Assembly (NCBI GenBank): GCA_049965815.1
Contig: JBMFVV010000007.1
Location: forward strand, 328-64,327
Source: Thermoplasmata archaeon
GTDB lineage: Archaea; Thermoplasmatota; Thermoplasmata; Thermoplasmatales; GCA-001856825
Direction: 5' to 3'
DNA length: 64,000 nt
Below are positions 9,716 to 19,377 of this stretch, in pieces (positions within the stretch are counted from its first letter, which is position 1; every line of letters begins with the position of its first letter). The notes under the pieces are model-generated. The model made no database searches. It saw nothing but the letters and a program-made list of their open reading frames with translations, and was not told the origin of the DNA. The position numbers were made by a program, and so were the translations under genes.

Positions 9716-10952
9716 CTTCCCTTACGAATTTTCTCCCTCCACCAATGGGCATCGTAGCATCCATTCCCATCTTCGATGTAATGTTACCTTCGTAGCTGCT
9801 TGGGTCCAGGGAAGACCCTCTTTCCCTCCTTATTATGATCCCCCTATCTGCCTGGAACCTTGTAGCCAGGGCCCATTCAACATCCCTGTCATCATAGATG
9901 TCTATGTCCTCATCTACAATTATAACTCTTTTGAGACTTTTATGACCCCTGAATGAAGCATCTACAGTTTTAGCAAAATCTTCGCTGCTCGACTTCCTGA
10001 TCTTGACGATTCCATGTAACCAGCTCGCCCCACCTTCGCTGAGCCTAACATCCTTCACATCAACTCCAGCATTCCTGATCTCCTTGAAAATAGTGGGTTC
10101 CCGTGGCAAACCCATCAAGTTGAAGTGTTCCATAGTTGCCGGAACTAGGATGTGGTATATCGGGTCCGGGACTGTTTCCACTGAGTCGAATAGTATCTGG
10201 GGTTGGCCCTCCTGGATATCGTATGTACCGGTGACATCCTTGAACGGACCTTCCTCCTTCGTCTTCCCTGTAAGAACTGCATTGATCACATAATCGGAAT
10301 CTGCTGGAACGGTCAACCCGAACCTGGACTTTGAGAATAACATTTCCCTTCCCTTTGATTTTCTATATAATGATGCGGCAATCTGGGATTCGTCGTGTTC
10401 AAATGGGACTGAAGTGGCGGCAGCTAGAAGGTATTCCAGAGGAGAACCGATGACAATGGATACCTTAAGTTCCTCGCCATGCGATACCGCGTCCTTGTAC
10501 ATTCTTAGCAGGTCCCGGGGAACCAGCCTGACATACCCCCCCTCCTTGCTTTCTATGAAGACCCTGTGTATTGAAAGATTCCTCTTCCCACCACTCTCTG
10601 CAACAAAAATACCAGATGTAATGTAGAACCCGGCATCTCCTGGATAGTGCCAGCATACCGGAACATCTTCAATATCTGCAGTTACCTTGAAGAGTTTCTC
10701 CCCTTCCTTCAGTGCCGGAGTATCGGAAAGTGCAGTCTCATAGTTTGCGAGGAAAAGATCCCTAGACATACCAAGTTCCCTGTATATTCTTTCCCTGTCT
10801 GCCCATAAATTTGCCACACCTTTTTTACCTTCCAGATCCTGGAGCAGTAATGGCCTGCTTCCATATTTCTTAACCAGTTCCGTAACTTCCAGTTTCCTTG
10901 ATACCTTCTGTTCAATCTTCACGAATTCATCATTTATGTAAGTCTTGATCAT
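9708..10952 (-). CDS. UbiD-family (prenyl-FMN dependent) decarboxylase
   Basis: The ORF-track entry (9708..11042) overlaps aspS. The internal ATG at 10952 (MIKTYINDEFVK...) removes the overlap and gives 414 aa. The overall length and sequence pattern resemble UbiD/3-octaprenyl-4-hydroxybenzoate carboxy-lyase family proteins. Family recognition is by eye only. Confidence 0.7.
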   Translation of the reverse strand: MIKTYINDEFVKIEQKVSRKLEVTELVKKYGSRPLLLQDLEGKKGVANLWADRERIYRELGMSRDLFLANYETALSDTPALKEGEKLFKVTADIEDVPVCWHYPGDAGFYITSGIFVAESGGKRNLSIHRVFIESKEGGYVRLVPRDLLRMYKDAVSHGEELKVSIVIGSPLEYLLAAATSVPFEHDESQIAASLYRKSKGREMLFSKSRFGLTVPADSDYVINAVLTGKTKEEGPFKDVTGTYDIQEGQPQILFDSVETVPDPIYHILVPATMEHFNLMGLPREPTIFKEIRNAGVDVKDVRLSEGGASWLHGIVKIRKSSSEDFAKTVDASFRGHKSLKRVIIVDEDIDIYDDRDVEWALATRFQADRGIIIRRERGSSLDPSSYEGNITSKMGMDATMPIGGGRKFVREVT

Positions 10953-10983
10953 ATACCCGCCCCCCTCGATTTCAAGTGGAAAC

Positions 10984-12261
10984 TCATGGAGTGATCCTGG
11001 TCCTGTCTCTCGGGAAGAGAGTGGCCTCCCTAATATTGGCAATATTCAGCATGACCATGGTGAGCCTTTCCAACCCTATTGCCCATCCAGCGTGAGGTGG
11101 CATACCGTATCTGAAAGCATTGACATAAAAATCGAATGAATCAGGATTCAATCCTTTGCTCTTCAAGTTGCTTATCAGAACATCTGGAGAATGCACCCTC
11201 TGTGCTCCGCTTGTTATTTCCATTTCGCCGAATTGCAGGTCAAAGCCTCTGGAGTATTTCTCATCAAACGGTTGAACGTAGAAAGGCTTCAATTCCCTGG
11301 GCCAGCGTGTGATAAAGTAAAACTCCTTGATTTCACCTCCTACAGACTTGAGTACTGGAGTTGAAAGATCTTCCCCATCCTTCAGTTCAAATCCTTTCTT
11401 GTTTGCCATTCTTACATAATCTGAGTAAGTAATCCTCTTGAAATTATAGTCGAGCGATGGTTTGCTTACTCCCAGTATCTCTAGTTCCCTCTCATTTATC
11501 TCTGCCACTGATCTGCCGGCAGCCTTAATAATATCCTCCAACACGTTCATCACGTCATCATCATTGACAAAACTCATCTCCATGTCTATGGACGTGAATT
11601 CATTGATATGACGAGGTGTGTTGTGTTCCTCTGCCCTGAACGCAGGAGCTACTTCGAACACCTTGTCAAATCCTGCAGCCATCATTATTTCCTTGTAGAG
11701 CTGGGGGCTCTGGCTCAGATAGGCATTCCTCTCAAAATACTTGACAGGGAAGAGCTCGGTTCCTCCCTCAGTTGCCGCTGCCACAATCTTTGGCGAGTGA
11801 ATTTCTATGAACCCATGCAGTACAAAGTAATTCCTTATTGCATTTGCAATTGTACTCTGCACCTTGAATATAGACAGTATTTCAGGTCTCCTTAAATCAA
11901 GAAACCTATTCTCCAGTCTTGTCTCTATGTCTGACTCTATCTTGTCCGTTACGCCTAAAGGAAGAGGCGTTTCTGCCTTGTTGATCACCTCCAGATGTTT
12001 AATCTGAACTTCATAACCTATTTTTGCCTGACTCTTGACAGCAAGGCCGGACATTGAAATTATGGATTCGCGCGGGACATTCTTGAGAGAATTGAACAAC
12101 TCTTCATTCCCTTTTTTCAGCAAAACGCCCTGTACTGTTCCTGAAACATCCCTCAGCTCTATGAACAAAACGGAACTCATAATCCTTATGTTCTGAGCCC
12201 ATCCGGAAATTTCAACATCGGAATCAATATGTTCCTTAACTTCCCCTATCAGTATCCTCAT
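10984..12261 (-). CDS. aspS: aspartyl-tRNA synthetase, archaeal type
   Basis: 425 aa class IIb aaRS. N-terminal OB fold (VEISGWAQNIRIMSSVLFIELRDVSG), motif 2/3 regions, and C-terminal GLERLTMVMLNIANIREATLFPRDRTRITP typical of archaeal AspRS. Confidence 0.9.
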   Translation of the reverse strand: MRILIGEVKEHIDSDVEISGWAQNIRIMSSVLFIELRDVSGTVQGVLLKKGNEELFNSLKNVPRESIISMSGLAVKSQAKIGYEVQIKHLEVINKAETPLPLGVTDKIESDIETRLENRFLDLRRPEILSIFKVQSTIANAIRNYFVLHGFIEIHSPKIVAAATEGGTELFPVKYFERNAYLSQSPQLYKEIMMAAGFDKVFEVAPAFRAEEHNTPRHINEFTSIDMEMSFVNDDDVMNVLEDIIKAAGRSVAEINERELEILGVSKPSLDYNFKRITYSDYVRMANKKGFELKDGEDLSTPVLKSVGGEIKEFYFITRWPRELKPFYVQPFDEKYSRGFDLQFGEMEITSGAQRVHSPDVLISNLKSKGLNPDSFDFYVNAFRYGMPPHAGWAIGLERLTMVMLNIANIREATLFPRDRTRITP

Positions 12262-12339
12262 GCTGACCGTTGATTATCTCTTTAGATATAATTATACTCT
12301 GATGATAAGGAATAGATATTCAGAGTTAATATCCTGAAG

Positions 12340-12882
12340 ATGGAAATAGGAGTTCTTGACATTCAGGGCGATGTTTATGAACACATCAATATCCTGGAAA
12401 GCTTAGGTGTTAAAACTAGGAATGTTAGAAGGGTTTCTGACCTTGATGGTCTCTCGGGTATAGTCATGCCAGGTGGGGAAAGCACTGTTATTGGAAGCAT
12501 AATGAACCAACGGGGCATTTCTAAAGGAATCATAGACATGAGACTGCCGGTAATGGGGACCTGCGCTGGATTGATTTTAATGTCTAAAAAAGTTGAGGGG
12601 AAGCCGGGTCTGATGCCTCTCTTGAATATATCGATAAAGAGAAACGGATATGGCAGTCAGAGGGAAAGTTTCGAAACAGACCTCACTATAAAGGGAATAG
12701 GAAAATTCAGGGGCGTTTTTATAAGGGCTCCGAGGATCACTGGAGTGAATGGTGGAGAAGTGTTGGCGACCTACGATAGTGAGGCAGTAATGGTATCAGA
12801 CGGAAAACACCTAGGACTTTCATTCCACCCGGAAATATACGGGGACGTAAGAGTACATAAGTATTTCATCGATAGATTGTAG
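12340..12882 (+). CDS. pdxT: pyridoxal 5'-phosphate synthase glutaminase subunit PdxT
   Basis: 180 aa. MEIGVLDIQGDVYEH..., catalytic GTCAG, and C-terminal FHPE, as in PdxT/SNO triad glutaminases. Confidence 0.85.
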   Translation: MEIGVLDIQGDVYEHINILESLGVKTRNVRRVSDLDGLSGIVMPGGESTVIGSIMNQRGISKGIIDMRLPVMGTCAGLILMSKKVEGKPGLMPLLNISIKRNGYGSQRESFETDLTIKGIGKFRGVFIRAPRITGVNGGEVLATYDSEAVMVSDGKHLGLSFHPEIYGDVRVHKYFIDRL

Positions 12883-12901
12883 AAAATTCACTGACTCCAG
12901 C

Positions 12902-13972
12902 TCAGACCATTCTTGGCTTCTTCAGTATTCCCTTTCCCTCAATGTTTCTTGTTTGGATAATAATTTCCGATTCTACCTCAACATCGGACCTCACGAATCC
13001 CAGACCTATTCCCTTGGATAGCGTTGGGGAGAAAGACCCGGATGTGAGGGAACCTATAACCTCGTTACCTTTTTTGATAACGGAACCTGAACGAGGGACA
13101 ATCCTATCAGTTGCAATGACCCCCCTGAACCTCTCCTTTATGTTCCCCTTTTTCTCAAGCAGTTTCTTCTTACCTATGAAATCATGATCCCATCCGATAA
13201 TCCAGGATACACCTGCCTCTATTGGATTCCTGTTCTGATCAAAGTCCTGTCCTGACAACAGGAATCCTTTCTCCATTCTTAACGTGTCGCGGGCTCCCAG
13301 TCCAATCGGTTTGACGTTTGGGTTCTTGAGTATTTCTCTCCAGAGCGGAACAGCATACTTGTTCGGTACAACGAATTCAAATCCGTCTTCCCCTGTATAG
13401 CCTGTTCTACCAATAATCGTGGCCGTTTCAAGACCCTTTTCCGGATACTTCTCTGATGCACTCATGAATGTGAAGTGCTCAAGCTTATTGGCCTCTGGGA
13501 ATATGTCATTCATTATCTCCGGCGCCATCGGACCCTGAAGGGCAAGACAGGCGATTTTATCTGAGAGATTTGAAATCTTAACGTCATATGACTTCCTGTT
13601 TGCAAGTATCCAGTTGTGTATCTTGTCTGTGGTTGCAGCGTTTGGAACAACGAGATATTTTTTCTCGTCTTCCTTGTAGACTATAGTATCATCAATCATG
13701 TTTGCTTCTTGGTCCAGATATGCAGAGTATATCGCCCTTCCAATTGGTTCTTTAGAAATATCAGTTGGGAAAAGATAAGTCAAGAACTCGGTTGCATCCC
13801 TACCCTCTATTGTTATATCCCCCATGTGGGAAACATCAAAGAGGCCGACCTTCGATCTGACTTGCCTGTGTTCTTCTATTATACCTGAAAATTGAATAGG
13901 CATATCCCAGCCATGGAAATCTACCATTTTCGCGTTTAGATTAACTATTTCATTGTAAAGTGGGGTTCTCAT
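12902..13972 (-). CDS. gcvT: glycine cleavage system T protein (aminomethyltransferase)
   Basis: 356 aa. MRTPLY...KMVDFHGWDMPIQF...VGLFDVSHMGDI is the canonical GcvT N-terminus. Confidence 0.9.
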   Translation of the reverse strand: MRTPLYNEIVNLNAKMVDFHGWDMPIQFSGIIEEHRQVRSKVGLFDVSHMGDITIEGRDATEFLTYLFPTDISKEPIGRAIYSAYLDQEANMIDDTIVYKEDEKKYLVVPNAATTDKIHNWILANRKSYDVKISNLSDKIACLALQGPMAPEIMNDIFPEANKLEHFTFMSASEKYPEKGLETATIIGRTGYTGEDGFEFVVPNKYAVPLWREILKNPNVKPIGLGARDTLRMEKGFLLSGQDFDQNRNPIEAGVSWIIGWDHDFIGKKKLLEKKGNIKERFRGVIATDRIVPRSGSVIKKGNEVIGSLTSGSFSPTLSKGIGLGFVRSDVEVESEIIIQTRNIEGKGILKKPRMV

Positions 13973-14081
13973 ATTCTGGTTATTTCCACTGACGTATTAA
14001 CATTGGCGTTCCAGTCGAAATCTAGGGGGGAGGGCATAGTTAAAGTATTTCTAAGAGGTGCTAATCCTCTGGAGTAAATTA

Positions 14082-14154
14082 GCCGCGATAACTCAGCTGG
14101 GAGAGTGCAAGCCTGAAGAGCTTGAAGTCGCCGGTTCGATCCCGGCTCGCGGCA
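14082..14154 (+). tRNA. tRNA-Phe (anticodon GAA)
   Basis: Folded by hand. Acceptor GCCGCGA/TCGCGGC, D stem ACTC/GAGT, anticodon stem CAAGC/GCTTG with loop CTGAAGA, T arm GCCGG-TTCGATC-CCGGC, discriminator A. 73 nt, no encoded CCA. Confidence 0.9.
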
Positions 14155-14243
14155 TTTCTCAGTTTTGGCCAAATATATTTGCTAGAGGTAAAATATAAAA
14201 TATGATAAAATTAAAAAGTTGCCTGAAATCCGTGCCTGGTTCC

Positions 14244-14600
14244 TTACTCAACTTCCCTGTAAACGTTAGGGGGTATGTCATCGGACAGGACTTCATTCAC
14301 TTTGTCCAGTTTTGGCAGAATATCGGCAAGATTGTCCTCCTCAAAGTGGGCATATTTTATTCTGCCTACAGACATTCTATATGATCCCGGGCACATCATT
14401 CCCTCTTTTACCACAACAGCGTCAGGCTGGAGTTTGAGGATCGCAGCCATTGTTATTTCCTTGCCACCAGGGACTCTCTCGAATCCAGGATTTTCATACT
14501 GACTGATCTTCTTTTCATCCGTATCTACTATGCTTATGAGTTCAGCCAGGTCAAGTGGTACCAGATTGTTTTCCTTACTATGAGCCACTGCTATTTTCAT
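14244..14600 (-). CDS. small protein with NifB/NifX-like (dinitrogenase FeMo-cofactor-binding fold) domain
   Basis: MKIAVAHSK...IVDTDEKK...ENPG...GGKEITMAAILKLQPDAVVVKEGMMCPGSY fits the spacing pattern of the PF02579-type domain. I prefer the ATG at 14600 over the TTG at 14615 used by the ORF track. Confidence 0.45.
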   Translation of the reverse strand: MKIAVAHSKENNLVPLDLAELISIVDTDEKKISQYENPGFERVPGGKEITMAAILKLQPDAVVVKEGMMCPGSYRMSVGRIKYAHFEEDNLADILPKLDKVNEVLSDDIPPNVYREVE

Positions 14601-14834
14601 TACCCTGATTCTCAAAGCTTGAATTTAAGTTTAATGTGTGATAATCTGCTAAATGCTAGCCTTAGCCAACTCCTTCGGGAAGATGTTTCCCCGAAAGAAT
14701 TGCAATGACGCAAGAATAACATTCTTTGCATTCTCATGCTGGGCATTTACAACAGGGCCATTTACGGAGTGCTTTAATGCAGCTCGATCAGGTCATCTCC
14801 GGCATCCAGTTATAATATTTGTTGCCATTTATGG

Positions 14835-15170
14835 ATGATGAATATCACTTATGAGGATTTTTCAAAGGTGGATATCAGAGTAGGGGCAATTGTGGATGTT
14901 CAGGACTTTCCAGAGGCCAAAAAGCCAGCTTATAAGCTGACGATTGATTTTGGTGATCTTGGAATAAAGAAGTCGTCTGCGCAGATCACAAATTATCAAA
15001 AGAGAGATCTTAGGGGCATGAAGATAGTTGCAGTTACAAACTTTCCACCAAAGCAGGTTGCCAATTTCATATCTGAGGTGCTGGTCCTAGGTGCTGTTTC
15101 TAGCAATGGAATCATACTGCTGACTCCCACTGATCCAGAGAAGACGAAACCTGGGGACAGGATAGCTTAA
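14835..15170 (+). CDS. tRNA-binding domain protein (CsaA/EMAP-II-like)
   Basis: 111 aa. FSKVDIRVGAIVDVQDFPEAKKPAYKLTIDFGDLGIKKSSAQIT... matches the CsaA-type OB-fold tRNA-binding domain. Confidence 0.8.
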   Translation: MMNITYEDFSKVDIRVGAIVDVQDFPEAKKPAYKLTIDFGDLGIKKSSAQITNYQKRDLRGMKIVAVTNFPPKQVANFISEVLVLGAVSSNGIILLTPTDPEKTKPGDRIA

Positions 15171-15210
15171 AGGCATCGCCTTTCTTCATTGCACATAAAC
15201 GTGAACCGAG

Positions 15211-16203
15211 GTGTTATTACTGGAAAAGAGATCAAGAAGGGTGAAAGTTCTCCTCGGTGGTACATTCAGCGTCTTGCATAAGGGGCACAAAGAGATGATA
15301 GATAGGGGGCTGAGAATGGGGGAATTAACAATAGGCCTCACATCTGATCATTTCAAGTTCAACAAGAGGTATACAGTTCCACCATACCAGACAAGGAAAG
15401 CGAATCTGGAAAACTATCTCATGAATATAGGGTCCGAGGCAAGAATAAAGATGCTCGGCGATCCATATGGTTCAACTCTTTCGCCCGAATATGATGCCAT
15501 AGTTTCATCGAATGAAACACTGGATTTCATCAACACAATAAACTTCTCAAGAAAGGCTAAGGGCATACCTCCGCTACAAGTTGAAAATGTGGGAGAGATT
15601 CTCGGTGAGGACCTGATGCCAATAAAATCAGAGAGGATAATTAGAGGGGATATAGATGAGGATGGGTTACGCAGGAAGTCAATTAAGGTAATCCTGGTCA
15701 CAAAGAATCCATCCAAGATAGAAGGGGCCAAAGTATCACTTACCCAGTTATTCAACAATTATGAACTATATTCAGTGGAGCCAGCTGACGACTTCCACCC
15801 CCAGCCTATGAACCATGAGACGTTCGTTGGTGCTCTAAAAAGGGTGAATGGGGTGAAAGGGGAATACGACTATGCAATAGGTGTAGAGGCTGGCATCGTC
15901 TCTTTCAGTGGAATATATTTTGACGTGCACATTGCTGCAGTAAAGGATTCCCTGGGTGTTGTGAATTACGGTATGTCGTCCGGGCTGCCTATGAACGCTT
16001 CTATGATGGACGGAATGAAATCCGGAAAGGAACTAGAGGAAGTAACAAACGAGCTGATAGGAGTTAATGATTCAGGGGACTATAAGGGCGCAATATATTA
16101 TTTCTCAAGAGGGTTGAAGGAGAGAAAGCATCTAGTAGAGGAATCCATACTATCTGCATTCACTCAAAGGATTGCTGAAGCCATTCCAAGGAAGGTTAAA
16201 TGA
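15211..16203 (+). CDS. fusion protein: archaeal phosphopantetheine adenylyltransferase (N-terminal) plus YjjX/DUF84-type inosine/xanthosine triphosphatase (C-terminal)
   Basis: 330 aa. The N-terminal nucleotidyltransferase motif is LLGGTFSVLHKGHKEMI (the (H/T)xGH class, as in archaeal PPAT/COG1019). The C-terminal ~165 aa (KVILVTKNPSKIEGAKVSL...PQPMNHETFVGALKR...) matches the DUF84 NTPase pattern. Start is GTG at 15211, with an alternative GTG at 15241. Confidence 0.7.
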   Translation: MLLLEKRSRRVKVLLGGTFSVLHKGHKEMIDRGLRMGELTIGLTSDHFKFNKRYTVPPYQTRKANLENYLMNIGSEARIKMLGDPYGSTLSPEYDAIVSSNETLDFINTINFSRKAKGIPPLQVENVGEILGEDLMPIKSERIIRGDIDEDGLRRKSIKVILVTKNPSKIEGAKVSLTQLFNNYELYSVEPADDFHPQPMNHETFVGALKRVNGVKGEYDYAIGVEAGIVSFSGIYFDVHIAAVKDSLGVVNYGMSSGLPMNASMMDGMKSGKELEEVTNELIGVNDSGDYKGAIYYFSRGLKERKHLVEESILSAFTQRIAEAIPRKVK

Positions 16204-16831
16204 CCCCAGGAACCACGTCATCTGCCTTGTATTCGCTTACCCTTCCGTTCCTGAATACGACCAGAGTCTTGTCCTCGACTTCAAACCACTTTCCACTCAT
16301 TTCCTCAGTGGAAACGGTGAACCTTTCATCTTCGAGTTGGTAAAACAGAGAATAATAACCAGGTTCTTTCCTTACTTCCCTGTAGGCGGCAGCGTATGTG
16401 CCGTCAGTTATGAGAAAGTTAGCGCTTGTGAAGTCTGACTCTCTGATTCTCGTCACTGCGGCCGGGAAGCTCTTCAAAATCATCTTGAAGTAATAGTAGC
16501 TGTCGCTCTTACCCTTCTTTCCCATGCCCTTTATGGTGCCGTTATGAGCAAAAGAAACATTCTCCGTTAGAAAGGGTTGGGTATTTATCAAGGTCTTTCC
16601 TGACGAACTCTTTTTCCTTGCGTGAGCCAGCAGTGTGTTTCCGTATACCCCTTCTACCCTTTGAATGGGATCAATGCTCTTGTGAACAGTAATTTCGTTT
16701 TTTGAATATAAAACATAACCAAATCCATCAAGATGCGGTGCGTGCTTTCCATTGTTTGCCATATCGTATAAGAAATCCATGTAAGGTGTTAAATCGGAAT
16801 ATTTCCCAATGGAAAGGAGCATCCTGCACAT
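16196..16831 (-). CDS. class II (Ntn-type) glutamine amidotransferase domain protein
   Basis: 211 aa. Begins MCRMLL, with the Cys2 nucleophile typical of the GATase-2/YafJ-like family. Its 3' end overlaps the convergent PPAT-fusion gene by 8 nt. Confidence 0.55.
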   Translation of the reverse strand: MCRMLLSIGKYSDLTPYMDFLYDMANNGKHAPHLDGFGYVLYSKNEITVHKSIDPIQRVEGVYGNTLLAHARKKSSSGKTLINTQPFLTENVSFAHNGTIKGMGKKGKSDSYYYFKMILKSFPAAVTRIRESDFTSANFLITDGTYAAAYREVRKEPGYYSLFYQLEDERFTVSTEEMSGKWFEVEDKTLVVFRNGRVSEYKADDVVPGVI

Positions 16832-16997
16832 AGATTCGCATTAATTACGGGTAAAAAACCATTCTGTTAGCTTAAGGAGGTTGATGGTTATATCTCCATT
16901 CACAGCAGAATCAGGTCAAATCTCACTCTTCACTTGAATGCATCAGGGAAAGGTCATGTCGGAAAATGATTTATAAGCCACATCCATAGGCAAAGCA

Positions 16998-18029
16998 ATG
17001 AACAAGATCGATCCCGTGTTAGCAAAGGAGGTAGCGGGGATTAGGAATGCAATTAGAAGGAGCAAGAGAACTGACTACGTAACGACCTATATAGAAAATG
17101 AATTTTTCAACGGTAAAACCATGGTGGAGAGGGTGCTGATACTCAGAACCAGAGGATGTAGCTGGAGCTATCATTCCGGGTGCTCCATGTGCGGTTACTG
17201 GGATGATACAAATCCAGAAATAGGAAGCAGAGAATTGGAAGAGCAGGTCAACACTTTTCTCAAGGAATTCCCCAAGGGCGAAGTGCTTAAAATATTCACT
17301 TCAGGGTCGTTCTTTGACCCGGTCGAAATAGATTCTGCATTGCAGTTCAGGATAATAGAAAATATTCTGAAGTCATACAGCTACCTAATTGTGGAAAGCA
17401 GGCCAGAGTACATTAAAAGGGTCGCTGGGAAGTTGAAGGAGTATGGGGGAAGAGTGCAGGTTGCAATAGGCCTGGAGAGTACAAATCCTTCAGTCCTCAG
17501 GAACTCCATTAACAAGAACTATGACTTCGATGACTTCAAGGAGGCTGCATCCATTTTAAGGGAAAAAGGAATTTCAGTAAGAACATACCTTCTCCTGAAA
17601 CCCCCATTCATGACAGAGAAGGAGGCAATAGATGACTGCATCAAGTCCGCAAGGGACCTCGCACCATACAGCGATTTCATTTCAATTAATCCGATGAATG
17701 TCCAGAGGGGGACGCTCGTTGAGAAAATGTACAAGGAGGGAAATTACCGCCCCCCATGGTTGTGGAGCGTGGTGGCCGTTCTTCAGGCACTGAGAGGTCT
17801 CGGTATTCCAGTCGTATCTCTCATAACCGCTTCTGGAAAGAGAAGGGGCGCCCACAACGGTCATGATTGCGATAAGAGATTTACTGATGGAATAAGAAAG
17901 TATAGCGAAACCCTGAATTATGCGTATCTGGATGAACTGAGCTGCGATTGCAAGGATACCTGGGAGAATTTCTCAGAGGTTGAGGAGGAAGTAGGAACTG
18001 CAATGAATGAGGTGATACTGGATGATTAG
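16998..18029 (+). CDS. radical SAM protein, TIGR01210/RaSEA-like (archaeosine biosynthesis partner of ArcS)
   Basis: 343 aa. LILRTRGCSWSYHSGCSMCGYWDD cysteine cluster, followed by a TIM-barrel-like radical SAM core. Family assignment is from recalled motif patterns only. Confidence 0.6.
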   Translation: MNKIDPVLAKEVAGIRNAIRRSKRTDYVTTYIENEFFNGKTMVERVLILRTRGCSWSYHSGCSMCGYWDDTNPEIGSRELEEQVNTFLKEFPKGEVLKIFTSGSFFDPVEIDSALQFRIIENILKSYSYLIVESRPEYIKRVAGKLKEYGGRVQVAIGLESTNPSVLRNSINKNYDFDDFKEAASILREKGISVRTYLLLKPPFMTEKEAIDDCIKSARDLAPYSDFISINPMNVQRGTLVEKMYKEGNYRPPWLWSVVAVLQALRGLGIPVVSLITASGKRRGAHNGHDCDKRFTDGIRKYSETLNYAYLDELSCDCKDTWENFSEVEEEVGTAMNEVILDD

Positions 18030-19377
18030 CGAAGCAGTGGAACTTATAATGAATGCGAAGAAACTGAAGATATATTCGCATCACGATGCAGATGGAATCG
18101 CCTCAGCTGCAATAGCAGTCTTTGTTGCCAGAAGATTGGGCCTGAATTACGATGTCACTATAAGAAATCAACTGACTCCGCAGGATCTTCAGGGTGGTGA
18201 GGGCATTTACTGGTTCAACGATATGGGTTCAGCCAGGCTGAAGGACATGAGGAATGTGACAGGCATAGTAACCGACCATCACAACCCTGTTTTCTTAGAG
18301 ACGCATTACACTGAGAATGGGAACAACATTTACCAGTTTAACCCGCATCTGGAGGGCCTAGATGGTAGCATATCCCAGTCCGGTTCCACAACGACTTTCC
18401 TTTTTGCGGCCAACTTACTGCCTGAGGTTTCAGCTGTATCTCATCTTCCCGTCGTAGGATCGGTAGGGGACCTCCATGACAAGAAGTTTGGGAAGCTTGT
18501 TGACACAGACAGGGAGATTATGCTCCTTGCAAAGAGCACGAAGATAATTGACGTGAAGGAGGACATCAGATATTTCGGAAGAAGTTCAAAGTCTGTTTCT
18601 TACATGCTCAGGTTCGGCAATGAGCCAAAGATAGGTGCTCTTTATGATAATCCCGCAGCAGTAGCAGACTTTCTCATTAGCCACGGGCTAGAAAGGAGGG
18701 CGCTCAAGACTGTGAGATGGATAGACCTCGATGAGGGGAAAAAGGAAGAACTGATCTCAGATCTCAAGAAAATGATCGAGAGAGAGGGACATGATCCCAG
18801 CCGCATTGTGGGTGAGGTATACGAACTCAACAGTGAACCAAAATCTTCGATGGTAAGGGACGTTCGCGATTTTTCATCTCTCATAAATGCTACCTCTAGG
18901 AAAGGGAAGCCAGACGTAGGAATCAGGCTCTGCCTCTTTGAGAGGGGGAATACAATGACGGAAGCTCTACAACTTTACAACGATCATCTAGACTCACTCA
19001 GAAGAGCATCTAAGACTCTCGATGATGCGGAAGGGAAAACAATAGGAAATGTGCTTTATTACGATTTTGGAGGCAATCTGGAGAATAATATAACAGGTAC
19101 TATTGCGACAAGGATCATTACGCACAAGAAGGTGCCACAGACGTCTGTGATAATGGTCATGGCAAATCTCGGCTCAATGAAAAAGATTTCAGCAAGAATT
19201 TCCCTCGAGCTATCTGAGAAGATAGATCTCTCTCTGCTATTCAGGCAGATCGCAGGTGGTCTGGGTGGTTCAGGCGGAGGTCACAGAAATGCAGCTGGTG
19301 CAATCGTACCATTGGGTAAGGAAGTGGAGTTCGCTGAAAGGGTCAACGAACTCGTGAGCGGTAAGGGATCTATCTAA
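18022..19377 (+). CDS. DHH/DHHA1 phosphoesterase, archaeal RecJ/GAN-like nuclease
   Basis: 451 aa. DHH motifs HHDADGIASAA and VTDHH, and DHHA1 motif GGGHRNAAGA. The start overlaps the upstream radical SAM gene by 8 nt. Confidence 0.75.
   Translation: MISEAVELIMNAKKLKIYSHHDADGIASAAIAVFVARRLGLNYDVTIRNQLTPQDLQGGEGIYWFNDMGSARLKDMRNVTGIVTDHHNPVFLETHYTENGNNIYQFNPHLEGLDGSISQSGSTTTFLFAANLLPEVSAVSHLPVVGSVGDLHDKKFGKLVDTDREIMLLAKSTKIIDVKEDIRYFGRSSKSVSYMLRFGNEPKIGALYDNPAAVADFLISHGLERRALKTVRWIDLDEGKKEELISDLKKMIEREGHDPSRIVGEVYELNSEPKSSMVRDVRDFSSLINATSRKGKPDVGIRLCLFERGNTMTEALQLYNDHLDSLRRASKTLDDAEGKTIGNVLYYDFGGNLENNITGTIATRIITHKKVPQTSVIMVMANLGSMKKISARISLELSEKIDLSLLFRQIAGGLGGSGGGHRNAAGAIVPLGKEVEFAERVNELVSGKGSI

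Noticed and set aside
9708-11042. ORF-track version of the UbiD-like gene (444 aa), which overlaps aspS by 59 nt.
   Set aside because: The extra 30 N-terminal residues (MPILGRPLSSRETGPGSLHEFPLEIEGGGY) are the antisense reading of the aspS C-terminus. The internal ATG at 10952 gives a family-typical start.
12299-12337. C/D-box-like motif (CTGATGA ... CTGA) in the aspS/pdxT spacer.
   Set aside because: Only 28 nt separate the putative C and D boxes. There are no D'/C' boxes and no terminal stem. It overlaps the pdxT TATA region and start codon.
13969-14172. 67 aa - strand ORF overlapping tRNA-Phe.
   Set aside because: It is the antisense reading of the tRNA gene (…EPGSNRRLQALQAC…), a typical artefact.
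14653-14838. 61 aa + strand ORF upstream of the CsaA-like gene.
   Set aside because: No motif and atypical composition. It occupies the promoter or spacer region, and neither strand gives a convincing protein.
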